Source: Malacoraja senta | Taxonomy: Eukaryota | Direction: 5' to 3' | Assembly: GCA_038087875.1 (NCBI GenBank) | Contig: CM075986.1 | Location: 13,082,001 to 13,146,000 of the forward strand | Length of the DNA stretch: 64,000 bases | Shown: positions 12,774 through 26,027 of the stretch, piece by piece | How the letters are laid out: each line of letters starts with the position of its first letter | Position numbering within the stretch: the first letter of the stretch is position 1 | Program-made: the position numbers and the translations under genes | The notes under the pieces: model-generated | The model's database searches: none | What the model was told of the DNA's origin: nothing | What the model saw: only the letters and a program-made list of their open reading frames with translations

Positions 12774-13307
12774 TCACTAGCTTATTAGTTCATTTTGGTT
12801 AATGATACTCCCTGCAGTCTCCAATCCCATTCATAAAATGGGAAAGGATTTGAAATGATAGCTAAGAAATTAAATTAGTTGGTAACATTTGCTAACTAAT
12901 TAACAAAGTAATTAAATCTATTTCATCTGAAGCTGCAGCATTTAAACTGCTGCCACCTGTTTATGCAGTATGCATTTATTTTAGTCACTGATTGTGATGA
13001 AGCGCTTTTTTATTGGCTGAGAATTTTATAAAGTCTTCATTTACAATTTATTTATGCATTTTCAAAGATGGTTCAAAATATTCAATAATTTGAATAATGC
13101 AAAATAATTGCAAAATAGGGATCATTATCAATCAATGAATTAATAAAGCCTTGCCACAGAACCAATTGGAATCCATTAGGCCAGATCATCTTTGTGCCAT
13201 TTCCCCCTGCACAGTCACTCCCCACGATACCAGTATATCTGCACCTGCCTTAGTCAGATGAGAAGGGCCTGTCCTACTGGCTGACTCCATCCTGGAGTCA
13301 TTGATTC

Positions 13308-13632
13308 GTACAGTATGGAAACAGGCCCTTCGGCCCAACTTGCCCATGCCAACCAACCAAGGTGCCCCATCTCCACTAGTCCCACCTGCCGGCCCATAAC
13401 CTACTAAGCCTTTCCTATCCATGTTCAAATGTCCTTTAAATGTTGCTTTAGTTTCTGCCTCAACGACCTCCTCCAGCAAAACATTCCATATACCCACCGT
13501 TTTTGTGAACATGTTTTCCTTCAGATTCCTATTAAATCTTTCCCCTCTCACCTTAACGCTATGTCCTCTGGTTCTTGATTCCTCTACTCTGTGTAAACGA
13601 CTGTGCATCTACCCTATCTATCCCCCTCATGA
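13308..13632 (-). mobile_element. CR1 LINE 3' end
   Basis: RTRGHSVKVRGERF..WN.L.EEVVEA motif and CR1 3' UTR. Confidence 0.85.
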
Positions 13633-16600
13633 ATAGCTGATGTATACCCCTTTGGTGGGTTCATCCATTTGATTCCATGGTACACTGTGGATGCCTACTC
13701 TTGAAACCTCACCAACAGTCTTTGATTGTTGACAAACTGTATCTGTATCAAAAGCCATTTATGTGTTATGCTTTGCCCAGATAGCGAAGTAATTACTTGT
13801 GCAGTTCTCTTGCAAGAGTTTAATTTTGGGTTGCATTGCATCTTTTAGAATAGGAAAATGAAACCATGAGCATAAATTGAGGTTTATATCTTTCCAATGT
13901 CACAGACATGTATTATTTTTAGTTTATGAGATATTTATTTATTTTCCCTTTCATACCTTTCTGCCAAGATGGCAGAAAAGTAGTTTATTGTATTCTGTAT
14001 CTTGCACAGCCACATCACTACTTTCTGACTAATTCCCCCAAAGAACAGGGTGCGTTCTACAGCCTCTTTTGTTTTTAAAATGCCTCTTCATTGCAAATGC
14101 CTACCCAAGAATTCTTAACTTGTCAAAAAATGTGAGAGAATAAATATTATGGCAAAAATTGAAAGCAGCTAAGTGCATCAGCTGTTTTCAATTTACTATA
14201 CAGTACCTCATAAAAGTATAAGATATCAGTTTAAATGTCATACAAAGCCACATACTTCCTGTTAAATAGTAATAGCTCTATATAACAATTTTTGTGGTGC
14301 TCCATTTCTTCTGTTTGAATTGCACTGTTTATTTCATAGTGTGTGCTACTTTGTCATCCTATGTAAATTTACCACCTAGATCATGCTGTATAAGCTGTCT
14401 TACATTTTCCACTGCCTTCCTATCTGCCTTTATGATCTTTTATGCCACCAACATTAATCTTTAAAACAATCTTCCCCGCCTCACTCCCCACCATTTCATT
14501 TATCTCCTCTATCCTAGTTCCCCCTTTTTTTATTCCAAGTTTCATTCTATCGAACTGTACCACTGACTCCCAACTAGTTTTCTCTTTACGTAAATTCCTA
14601 CTGTTCTCATCCCCAACTCCTTTCTACACCATATCCTTCTTTCTATACCATGTCTGGCTGCCCTCTCCTAATCCCACAGAAAATTAGGTACAGAACCTTG
14701 GCTGTCATATCAATTCTACTTAAATAGCCCATATTCAGAATTTAACAGAAATATAGAACAGATATACAAGCAATGAACTCAGTAATGCATCAGGAAAAAA
14801 ATCAGACACCCTCAATCCATTCAATTCATTCACATTCACCATCTGCTAACTGAAGCCCAATTGGGAGAGCTAACCAGTAATATATCAAGCAATTGCCTGA
14901 TGTAATTGTGCACATGGTGTCAGATTTATCATCAATATGTCAAGTTCCTCCATTGCCATCATTAGGTATGAGGCCCATCTGTGGATGCGACACGTGGTAT
15001 TGGGTACTGGCAGTGGAATCATATTGGCAGTGTTCCTTATTACTCCACTCAAATAAGGTCATGCAAACTTTGAGTAACTCTGGGGAAGGCTCTGTAAGTG
15101 GTAAAAGAGAGAGGAAAATGTATTCTTGGCTGTGGGCATTCTCGTTTCCATTAGGTGAACTTGTTAGTACCTGCTGAACAGGCTGAATCTGGAATGTTCA
15201 TCTGTGGCTGTCAGTCTGGAGCGGCATTAGATGATGAGATACTAATTTCAGTAAATAATGTCCGAATGTTAACTGTCGTGAAATTATCTGGCTTCTAAAG
15301 TATTTTCAGGGTCACCACTAACTGTATGAAGATAATTCCTTGGCTGAAAAGTGAAGTTTGGTTGTAGTGTGAAGGATGACATAACGCCCATATTTTGTGG
15401 AATAGACCAAGACAAAAATGTAGGAACCCAAATGCACCATGTTGGTTACAGATGGCCACCATTTGTATCCGTATCGTCTGGGAAATTGAAAGCATTCAAC
15501 CTTCTTTACCATTTTCCCATTAAATACCACAAGGAAACCATTAGATCATCATTAGAGTGGGAAAAAATATTTTTGGAAGGAAACTAATGTTAGCATGGTT
15601 GAAGTTTTTGCAATAGTGCCTCAAATTGTTGTAGCTATCAGTAAGTGAGAATTCCTCCAGGCCTTTACTGTAGGTTAATGATGCAAATACAGGAACAGCT
15701 GCCTTGTGAAGCCTGTAATCTGCAGTCCAGAGTTTTGCTCAAGGTGCGATGGTTTAGTCTATGAAATAGAAATATACTGTAACATTCGACTCTGATTTTT
15801 AAAATACATTAAATTTTTTCATCCGTTTACAAAACTAAATTGTGTATGTTCGATGAGAAGAGCTGGTAAATGAGCTGAAAATCTTTTTCCCATTGTAAAT
15901 GGGATAAAATTGGACTTACAAGCAGTAAGATGTTAACCTCTGGGACCTATAGGAATGCATCACAACTGAACTGAATCCAACTGTTATTTTATCATCACCG
16001 AATCAGTTTTTTCTTTTCAAAGTTTTAAGTGTTATAATTTATTACGTTTAGCATAGATATCTGCATATGTACAGAATAATGAATATAAATTGTAAAAAAG
16101 ATTGGTACTTTTTTCCATTTTTAGTAAGTTACATTACAAAATTCTTAATATACTTGCTTCTAGTCTAGCAGGGTGTATAAATTCATAATGAATGTTTGAG
16201 TAGCTAGCAGAATGTACTGGCAGTCAGTTGGAATGAAATCCCATGAACATTTACAGCGAGGGAAACCTTATGTCTCGATATAGTGCCCCTAGCCATCCAT
16301 TTTGGGCTTCATGTGAAAGGCTGCATCTGTTTGCTTTGGGAAAGCAATTTGAAAGCAGCTTACTCACAGCATGTCATCTTAAAGAATTAACGGTATTCTT
16401 TATTTTCTCTATGGCATATTTTTATCTGTAAGACATTAAATGTTCTGGATGTAAAAGGTTCACATATAACTGAGTTATTAAATATTTTCCCTATTCAGTT
16501 ATAAACATAAGAATTGAATATAAGAAGTAAAATTTAAAAATATTTAAACTGTATCGTTTAGTAAAAAATAATGCTTTTCACTGGATGTTGTTGAGGATAT

Positions 16601-16824
16601 TCGTTTTTGTTGCTGTTGCCTCTATTTTCAGGAAGAGTTGTTCCATATAGTTCCACTGTAAACTTAGTACCAAAGGCCTACTTTTTGATTGATTGCATAA
16701 ATATTGTAGATCTTATATGGACAATTTTGGGTGGGAATTCCACAAGAGGAATGTGTTTAATATGTATCGATGGTTGCTTCTTTATTCTCTGTAACATTTG
16801 CAAATAATTCAATCCTTGAGCATG

Positions 16825-17012
16825 CACCTTACTTAATAAGAATACAACATAACATTTTAAAGAAATTTAACATAAAACATAAAATCATCCCCCCACAATG
16901 GTTCCCACTGTGAGGGAAGGCACAAAGTCCAGTCCCCATCCCCTTGTCCACCCATAGTCGGGCCTATTGAGGCCTCCGCAGTCGCCGCTACGGGGCCCGA
17001 TGTTTCAGGCCC
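16825..17012 (-). mobile_element. GC-rich family, copy D (3' fragment)
   Basis: Reverse complement gccttccctcacagtgggaaccattgtggggggatg hairpin block. Confidence 0.55.
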
Positions 17013-18014
17013 TTACTCCAGGTGTTCCAGTTTCATCTTGCTTCCCAAAGATGTGTGGGTAAATAAGTTGATTGATCATTATAAATTGCCCCTAATGTAT
17101 TGACGAGTGGTAGAAAACATTAGAGAAAGTTATTTTTAAATGCATTCAACATATTTAATTATAAACTAAATGTAAACACGAGTACTAACAAAAACATAAA
17201 ATAAAACCCAAACCGTTTCACTTGACTTTTTAATGAAAGTCAATGACCACAATCATTTGAATGGGGTTACACTAAGCACGGTAAGATAAGAACTCCCCAC
17301 TCATTCCTGGGCAATCCAGAAAAGAGTGGAAGTTCTGATGCTGTAATATCTGGACCCCAATTGTGCGCTGCGCTGTGCAGGCCTGGAATTCCAGAATGTG
17401 CAGGCATACATGTTGCAGCAACCAGCATTTCATGATGGAACTTCCAGTTGTCGTCACTGTGACATCATCCAACAGTAACCTAGAAAGATACCTCTTTGTA
17501 AATAGAAATAAAAATGTTGGGCAAGGGAGGAAAAGCAGGGGAGTGGGTCTAATAATTTAAGAGTCAGAACAGATACTTTTCACTAAATAGCCTGTTTTGA
17601 CACTGGATAATTGGGAGGATGAGGTGGGGGGGGGGGGGGGGGGGAATCATGGTTCTGTTTTATTTTTACATTATCCTTTGAATGAGCATGCACCTATACT
17701 AGAATGGTAAAATCTCCTGTTTTAAATTACTTCTTTCGTAAGTCAATCATTCATGGTCCAATTTGAAATTGTAATGGGATGTAAAATCAACAAGGTGTGG
17801 ATTTCAAACATCTGAATTTAAATAAAAGACAAGCCATTTTCATCTTGACAATTTTCTTATTAAACATCCCTACCTTTCGGGCAGGTAAATGCCTACTGGT
17901 TTCCAATTGAAAACATTTCCCATTTTAAAACCAATTCAAAATTGAAGGTAAATTGTTATTTTGGGTAAGCACTAATTTGCCAGAGAAATAGCCATTTCTA
18001 ATTTAATGATAGAC

Positions 18015-18168
18015 TCAAGGAACTGCAGAGGCTGCTTTACAAAAAAGACACAATGTACTGGAGTAACTCATTAAGTCAGGCAGCATCTCTGCAGAACATG
18101 GATAGGTGACATTTCAGATTCTGATCAATGTCATCTGTCCCGTTGAGTTACTCCGGCGCTTTGTGTCC
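18015..18168. mobile_element. Two PLE terminal fragments in inverted orientation
   Basis: 18047-18070 and 18144-18167 are reverse complements (20/24). Confidence 0.65.
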
Positions 18169-18360
18169 AGTTTAATGATGTTTCCAAATATTTCAATCCT
18201 GAATATGAGGAATGAAGCAATGGATTTTCTGCTAAAATCTATAATGTGTACCCATAGTTTTTGCAAAATGATTCCATAACGAGCCTATATGTATGTATTT
18301 TAAATTGTCGCCTTCATTAAAGGTGAAACCTGGCCTGATTTACACGTGCTATATGAAGAT

Positions 18361-18594
18361 CCATAAGACATAGGAGCAGAATTAGGCCATTCTGCACATC
18401 GAGTCTGCTCTGTCATTCGATCATGGTGATCTATTTTTTCCTCTCAACCTTATTCTCCTGCCTTCTCAACATTACCTTTGATGCCCTAACACTAATCAAG
18501 AACCTATCAATCTCCTTTAAAAAAAAATACCCATTGACTGTACCAATGAATTCCACAGATTCACTGCCCTCTGGCTAAAGAAATTCATCCTCAT
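18361..18594 (-). mobile_element. CR1 LINE 3' UTR fragment
   Basis: cataagacataggagcagaattaggccattc...gaattccacagattcac, a typical CR1 3' end in reverse orientation. Confidence 0.75.
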
Positions 18595-19689
18595 AAAAGA
18601 TTCAATGAAATATGTTAAAAGGTATTGAATTTAGGTATCAAATATGGAGGCCAAATGTATTGCTTATCATATATGTGGTTCTTGAGGAACGTGACAAATG
18701 TTGGTTAAAAATATAGGCAGAAGGATTTTGCAACCACTACTACAATTAAGTGGATTTTATTTCTGCTACGGTACTGAGGGAAGTGGAGTTGGAGTTGGGT
18801 AAGGTGATATATATGAAGGATTCAATAAGTGGTGTTATATGGTTTTGTTAGTGATCAAGATGCAGTGGTACCACAGAAAATGGCAGATTTTGGAAGATGG
18901 TTATGGAAGGAGGTGTCGTGATCACATCAAAAGATTTAAAGGTACAAGATAAGATCTGACTTAAAGGGTATCACCAACACTGTGGAAGGTACACAAATAG
19001 GCAAGGAGGTTTCAGTAAGGGCCAAGGTTTCAATCAAAGTTCTGTTGTACGTACAATCACCCAGCTAAAGGTTAAAAATAGCAAGAGTTTTGTTTGTGAA
19101 TGAATTGAAAATCTGTAAGAGCTGCAATGTGGATTGTTAATTAATAAAATGGCAGAATCCAAGAGGGGTTGGGGTAAATTCTCATGTATTCTATAGTCTT
19201 TGGATTGTTGACATTAGCCACTTGCAAAAGGTGATAATTTTTTTAACAGAATATTGAGAATCCGTGGAGAAGCAAACCACAAGTCTTCATAATGTTTTTC
19301 ATGGAAAATTTTGACAGTTGCATTAGTGAAGGGCAAAGATCAAGTTGCCTTCCTTTGTCAATGATAGAATGATGCAGAATAATTGTGTGGGGGCAGGTGG
19401 GGAAGGAAGAAAAAAAGGTAATTTTGCCAATGGGAAATGATCTTCAAATTCATTCTGTCAGAATTGAGTAGTGATTGTCTTAATTAAATATGTTAGAGGG
19501 CCAAAGTAACGATGTAGAAAATGCAGGTGATCATTGACTCATTTACCATGGTACCCCTATAATTCAATTTGAAACATGAGGATTTTAAAGGTATTTGACC
19601 TAATTTAGGCACGGGTCTATTTGTATTTTAGATAATTGGTAGATTTCTGGCCTATTTTCCTTAATTAAACATTATTTTTCCTTTTATAG

Positions 19690-19913
19690 ATCTGGAGGGG
19701 AACCATAGCTCGACTTCGTTATAAACGCACAAGAGCTGTCTACACCATCATAAATTACTACAGGAAATACAAGGTGAAATCTTATATCCGGGAGGTCGGC
19801 AGCCGTTTCCAGAATGTTGGGACCTTGAAGGATTATGGTAAACATGTGAAGTGGCCAACTCCACCCAAGATCATACGTACATTTGATGAAACATTGAAGT
19901 CTGTTTACCAAAG
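19690..19913 (+). CDS. myo1d: Myosin-Id coding exon (IQ motifs/neck; equivalent to human exon 17)
   Basis: Acceptor ttttatag| and donor |gtaaaa, 224 bp. Translates [74 protein letters not shown](R), matching recalled vertebrate MYO1D (VWRGTLARMRYKRT...[13 protein letters not shown]). Ends in phase 2. Confidence 0.95.
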
Positions 19914-21684
19914 GTAAAATGTTTTCCAGCATTATCAGCATGGTTAATTAATTATGTACAGTAAATCTTAAATACGGAATACTACAAGTACCATTTATTG
20001 CCCACCATCTCAATGAGATTACATTGTAGATGGTATTTTCAGAGTTGAATGAGATTTTTATTTGCTGGGAGATTTTCCCTGAATCCCCTCAAGAAGATAC
20101 GTTACATGGACATAGGTAGAGGCATCAACCCAGGCTGGTAGTGGGGTATTTAATACATCAGTAACAGAAAACCTGCATGTGAAAGGGATTGTGTATTACA
20201 CACAACTCACCCAAAAATGTCACACTCTTATAAATAAGTTTGAAAGTCCACGGCAATTGTAGGCTAAAATTAGTTGACGATTGATAGTATGAAAGTCTTG
20301 TCATGACTGTACTGGTGGGTTATAACCAACATTTTGCAAAACTGTGAAAGTTAAAGGTTTACTATACTGGAAATTCAAATTCTCATCTTTATTCTGTAAC
20401 ATTTGCTTAAGATGTAATTTTAGTTTTCTGCAGACTTCAAAATCATAATTAGATTAGGTTTTCAGAATTTGATTCATAAATCTATGAATTAGATCTTTCA
20501 TGATCATTGTGTCCATGGAACCTCTCTGTAATTTGATTTTAAAAACTTTCAATTGAGGTAAATCACAAATGACACAAAGTACAAGGGGTGCAACCTCAGT
20601 CCTTTAATCGGTTTGGAATGTGTTGTTTACCTTTCCAATGCCATCCTCATCGGTTCATGGCTTTCAGACTGGACCATTCGGTCAGATTTTTCTTGGCTTA
20701 AAGAAAATGCTAAGTAGAGAGAGCAAAGTGCAAGAAAATATAATCTCAAAAAATCATTTTCAAGTTTCTAGGTATACAACAGCATCAATTCTTAATGTGT
20801 AGCTATTTCATACAAGAGAATACAAAAGAATGCTGTATCTTCTACCCAGTTGTTTCAGAAATATCGTACTGTAAATTGAAATACTTGAAACTATTGAACC
20901 AATAATGACATATGCCAGGATTAAGCTATACTTAAAAATCCAAAAATTATCCCCGAAGGATCAATGAAGAAAGAATAGTTCATTAATTTAGGTGATAAGA
21001 AAAGCAATCATGCTGAATTTGCATTTTTTTTTTTTTTTAATTTTCATTCATTTTTTCGGGATATGGGCACCACTGACTGACGGGTAATATTTCTTGCCTA
21101 TCCTTAATTTCTGTTGAGAAAGTCGTTCTGTGCCACATTATTTAATTGCTGCAGTACTTATGGTGAACATATCCACATGAGGAGTTCCAGAATTTAGACC
21201 TAGCGAGAATAAAGGAAAATTAATATATACCCAAGTGAGGGTGATGTGTAACTTGATGGAGAACCTGTAGGTTGTGCCATTCACATGCACCTGCAGTTTT
21301 CACCGCAATAACTGCAGAAATGATACATTTGAGAGTAGTTGTTGCAATAGACTTTGGCACTTGCATGCCATCATTGGAGTTGGGGCTGTTCTTGTAGCTT
21401 TCTCCTGGTGTATAATTACATGAAAGACTGAGAATTTAATCTAGCAGAAATTCAATTAATAGTTACCAGTAGTCAACCCAGTAGCGAACATGCTCAGGAA
21501 AAAAATCAACAGACTCTTATGACTGATGGGATCACTTTCAGTGCAAAACACCATTTTCTGGCACATTGCACAGTAAATTTGCTTTAACGTATCCCTATTT
21601 GAATAAATGACCAGTCCAAATAATGAAATTCACTATATCTTCAGAATAAATATTTTTCAGTCTCAGAAGTTGTAATAGATCCAT

Positions 21685-22224
21685 TGTGTAAGAAGGAACT
21701 GCAGATGCTAGTTTAAATTGAAGATAGACACAAACAGCTGGAGTAACTCAGCGGGACAGGCAGCATCTATGGAGAGAAGGGTGTCGTTTTGGATCGAGAC
21801 CCTTCTTCAGACTGGTTAGGGATAAGGGAAGTGAGAGATAAAGACAGTGATTTGGAGAGATAAAGAACAATGAATGAAAGATATGCAAAAAAGCAACGAT
21901 GATAAAGGAAACGGGCCATTGTAGGGTGAAAATGAGTAGCTAGTGCGATTTAGGTGGGGGAGGGATGGAGAGAGAGGGAATAACGGGGCTACCTGAAGTG
22001 AGAGAAATCATACCCAAGAGAAATATGAGATGCTGTTCCTCCAATTTGCGTGTAGCCTCACTGATAATGGAGGAGACTGAGGACAGAAAGGTCTGAGGGA
22101 ATGGAAAGGAGAATTAAAGTGTCCAGCAACCGGGAGATCAGGTTGGTTCATGCAGGCTGAGCGAAGGTGTACGCGAAAAGAACGCCCAGTCTACGTTTGG
22201 TCTCTCCGATGTATAAGAGTCCAT
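21685..22224 (-). mobile_element. PLE 3' end: GIY-YIG endonuclease C-terminus plus terminal repeat
   Basis: Minus strand GLLYIGETKRRLG...PDLPVAGHFNS...EATRKLEEQHLIF, followed by UTR and a ctgaagaagggtctcgatccaaaacgac terminus. Confidence 0.88.
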
Positions 22225-22449
22225 TTTACAGTATGTATTCCTCTAAATACAGGTTAAATATATTACAACTCTCAGAGTAGCACCATGTAGTTTGCAGAAT
22301 GAGTACAGAGGAACACCACACCAATCCATGACTTTGTCATTAATTGTTGCATTTCTGGAGACGCGACTTTGGTGAACCTCGGTGAATGACGTTTTTTTAA
22401 TAACGTAAATTAATGAACGTTTCTGGAAACTAAAACTGAAATGTCTCAA

Positions 22450-22885
22450 GATTGTTTAATTATTGTTTGCACTGGGACAGGTACAATTACATTCTTACTT
22501 CAGCTTTACATGCACATTCAACGAAACAACACAACAAAATATTACCAAAATATATCAGTCGTTCTTGGTAATCCAGACTATGATATTACAAGCCTCAGTA
22601 ATGTAGTATGTGTAGTGCAGCCTCAGTAATGCAAAGTCTATTGTAGTTTGAGCTTTATCAGATTATTCTTGGTCTTCTTGTATGACCCTGTCTTGAATTC
22701 TGCAGACCTGGTCCTAAATAGATTGCGGACATCCTGGTTCAACCAAAGTTTCTTGTCAGAGAATACTCAGATCATCTTAGTAGGAACACACTCTGTTACA
22801 CAGTCCCTTAGGAAGTCAGTAACAACCACGGTTTGTACGTTCAAATCTGTTGCCGTGTCCTTGAACATTGCCCAGTCTACCGATT
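22450..22885 (-). mobile_element. Rex1/Babar-like LINE fragment
   Basis: Minus strand VDWAMFKDTATDLN..VTDFLRDCVTECVPTK..WLNQDVRNL. Confidence 0.7.
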
Positions 22886-22922
22886 AGAAATTAATCTTGG
22901 ATGTCTTCGTGGCTGATAAATT

Positions 22923-23122
22923 NNNNNNNNNNNNNNNNNNNNNNNNNNNNNNNNNNNNNNNNNNNNNNNNNNNNNNNNNNNNNNNNNNNNNNNNNNNNNN
23001 NNNNNNNNNNNNNNNNNNNNNNNNNNNNNNNNNNNNNNNNNNNNNNNNNNNNNNNNNNNNNNNNNNNNNNNNNNNNNNNNNNNNNNNNNNNNNNNNNNNN
23101 NNNNNNNNNNNNNNNNNNNNNN
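22923..23122. other. Assembly gap (200 N)
   Basis: Run of N; the round length suggests a placeholder of unknown size. Confidence 0.99.
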
Positions 23123-23142
23123 CAGGGCCTGTCGGGGGCTAG

Positions 23143-23335
23143 TGGGGTGGTGTGTGGGGGAGAGGGCTGCTGTGTGGGGGAGGGGTGTGGTGTGTGGGGG
23201 AGGGGAGTGGTGTGTGGGGGAGGGGGGGAGGGGGGTATGTGTGGGGGAGGGGGGGTGTGGGGGAGGGGAGGGTGTGTGGAGGGAGGGGGGTGTGGAGGGT
23301 GTGTGGGGGAGGATGTGTGTGTGGGGGAGGAGGTT
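23143..23335 (+). repeat. G-rich degenerate tandem repeat (gtgtgggggagggg)n
   Basis: Visible directly; many runs of four or more G (G-quadruplex potential). Confidence 0.9.
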
Positions 23336-23427
23336 GCGTGGGCTCACCGGTTCCCGGCTCCAGGATCCGGCTCCGGACTCACGAAGCCACTCCCGTCTCC
23401 AGTGCCTGTCGCGCTCACAGCCACGCC

Positions 23428-23536
23428 CACGAACACGGCCCGCCCCCGCCCGCGAACACGGCCTGCCCCCACCCGCGAACACGGCCCGCCCCCACCCGCG
23501 GAACACGGCCAGCCCCCGCCCGCGGAACAGGGCCCC
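23428..23536 (+). repeat. GC-rich minisatellite, 23-24 bp unit, about 5 copies
   Basis: Unit gaacacggcccgcccccgcccgc(g). Confidence 0.9.
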
Positions 23537-23803
23537 ACACTCCGCTCCTGATGGAGCCTGTGATTGACTCGGCGGGTGACGGAAGGGGCGTCGCCATCCC
23601 GGCGAATAACGGACCAATAACTTTTGTAATATTTCGCCGATCGGAACAAAACTTGGTGAACTTGGAGCAGAGGAGAACGGTGAGTAAGACGGCGGGAAAA
23701 TCCTTGTGATATAGGGCACAGTTTTTGTGCAAATTTAAAAACAACGCAAACCGGAAGAGGACAAGATGAGAGTTTTAGTAATAGATAGATAGATAGATAA
23801 AAG

Positions 23804-24012
23804 NNNNNNNNNNNNNNNNNNNNNNNNNNNNNNNNNNNNNNNNNNNNNNNNNNNNNNNNNNNNNNNNNNNNNNNNNNNNNNNNNNNNNNNNNNNNNNNNN
23901 NNNNNNNNNNNNNNNNNNNNNNNNNNNNNNNNNNNNNNNNNNNNNNNNNNNNNNNNNNNNNNNNNNNNNNNNNNNNNNNNNNNNNNNNNNNNNNNNNNNN
24001 NNNNNNNNNNNN
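23804..24012. other. Assembly gap (209 N)
   Basis: Run of N. Confidence 0.99.
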
Positions 24013-24049
24013 GATGTTACAATCCCTAAGGTTTTTTCACTACAATTGA

Positions 24050-24780
24050 CATTTGGTATTCTTGGGGATGACCACTAGGTGATTTTGCTACCAATCAGAC
24101 ACATCTTCAGTTGTGTACCTCAACGTCACTGGGTGTTGCGGCCTTTTATCACAAGACACCCTCAGTCGAGGCAGGCCACCGCAGGGTGATCAGACCCGGG
24201 TGTGTGTCTTATGGTTAGCCTCTAGATGGTCACGTGGCAGCCCAGACAGCATATTTTCTCTTCAGCCACAGCCAGTGACTGCTCCATTTGGCTTTTTTTT
24301 CCTTCCATCTTCCTCTCTACCGCTGACTGTGGCTGGTTGGGCTCTGGACTCGTGTCCGTTGGTGGGACAGTACTTGGTTGAGCTTGGCCTGGGTGCTGAT
24401 ACCCTGTGGACTGTGGTGGTTAACCGGCCACTGGGCTTCACTCAACTGATTTGGCCTACCTCTTAGAAAGTAATGGTCAATGCGAGGCCCCTCACCAAGC
24501 TCTCTCAGGCACTTTTTCCTGCCCTGGTGGATCCTGAGACCCTTCTCTGATGTTATCTTTTCCCATCCACAGATGCAGCTTCGTAGCTTATGTCCTGCCG
24601 GTGCTGCTGCTCTGTCAATTGCTGTGCTAGTTGTCTTATTCATAGTCGATTCCTTCCGTAGAAATATAAGGGTGGATCCAAAACGCTGATTAGCGATGGA
24701 TCCTGCTGGCATGAGGAGCTAGCCCATGCCAGCCCCAGTGGGGTCTATTCCCTCCAGTCAGCAGTCTCTCCAGGCCGTCA
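24050..24780 (-). mobile_element. Internally deleted HERO-like (RLE-clade non-LTR) element
   Basis: N-terminal zinc finger CICGWEKITSEKGLRIHQGRKKC joined near 24300 directly to C-terminal SSHWLWLKRKYAVWAAT* and a 3' UTR; RT and endonuclease are absent. Confidence 0.72.
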
Positions 24781-24954
24781 CTATATAGTATAGATAGATA
24801 TAGAGATAGATGGATGGATGGATAGATGGATAGTTGATAGATGGATAGTTGATAGATGGATAGTTGATAGATGGATAGTTGATAGATATATATAGATAGA
24901 TAGATAGCTGATAGATATATATATATATATATAGATAGATAGATAGATATAGAT
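24781..24954. repeat. Compound (GATA)n/(TA)n/(GATG)n microsatellite with 15-bp higher-order units
   Basis: gatagatggatagtt repeated about 4 times within GATA/TA runs. Confidence 0.95.
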
Positions 24955-25547
24955 GCTGAGTAAGAATGATTTTGTCAATTAATTTTGTTAAATGAATTTC
25001 ATTGTAGTTAATTTGCACAATTAATGCTGCCCATTGTCAACAAGTTGTTTTTTAACATGCTTTAATTGCATGCAGCTTACATTGGAACTGCTCTGATCTT
25101 ACTGAAAGTTGAAGCCCAGGAACATGTTTCCTATGTTTTATTTTGGTGCCTTCTCCGGCCCCACAGTCATTAACCACTTTTCCCCTTCCTTGAATCCCAA
25201 CAAATTTACCAGACATATGACCAACAGTTCAGTCTTTTCATCTTCGTAAACAAACAAACGCTGCACACTTTCATCTTCTTATCAATTACCATTGACAAAG
25301 TCTGACATTAAACTTAGTGCAGCCTATACAGTCTAAAGTTTGTTGCTGAAGGCCATCTTCAAGTTTGTTACTCACTTATATCAAGTATCCACTCTAGCTA
25401 TTGCTTTTCTCATACTCTTTGTGCAGTGGATTACAACATCAGGGGAGTTTATTTTTTATCTGTCTTGGTGAAGAAAAGGTACGGGAAATAGACAAGGCAG
25501 AGCAAAGCCACAATTACGGAAAAAAGAAAGACATTTTCCTGAATAGA

Positions 25548-25988
25548 TGCTTCTGAGACATCTTCCTTTTAACATAATCATGGCTTCCTCTCTACCATGG
25601 TTGATAGCGCCTTTGACCATGTCTCATCTTTTTATGTATTTCCACTCTCGCCCTTTTTCCCAGCCAAAACAAGAACAGAGTTCTCACTTTCATTTGTGAC
25701 TGCCACCATATTCAATAGATTACACTTTGTAATTTAAGCCATCTTCAATGAGGTTCCATCACTGGACATGCTTTCCCCTCCCCTTCCCTTTCAACATTCT
25801 GAGAGGACCATTTGGTCCTTTCTGGTCCACTTTTCCATCTCCATAAATATTCCTTCTCAAGGCACTTTGCTCCCATGCAACACCTGCTATTTTACCTCAT
25901 CCCTTCTCACCATATAACCATATAACCATATAACCATAACAGCACGGAAACAGGCCATCTCGGCCCTTCAAGTCCGTGCCGAACATTT

Positions 25989-26027
<39 letters not shown>

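Larger units (their letters stand above)
23123..23800 (-). mobile_element. Possible non-autonomous Helitron/Helentron-like element carrying minisatellites
   Basis: Reverse complement starts (tatc)n-tattactaaaactctcatcttg, resembling the TC-starting 5' ends of non-autonomous Helitrons. It is bounded by gaps, so the 3' end cannot be tested. Confidence 0.35.

Noticed and set aside
17272-17481. Minus-strand acceptor-like site followed by a 66-aa ORF, a possible nested gene exon
   Set aside because: No recognisable homology, donor site or partner exons.
17625-17644. Poly-G runs (also near 27050 and 48725) and short tandem duplications (828, 1376, 48418, 51733)
   Set aside because: Ordinary slippage products or homopolymer artifacts.
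24100-24145. Permuted hammerhead in the HERO-like 3' UTR (cgcaac...ctgaaga)
   Set aside because: GAAA is absent and I could not build convincing stems.
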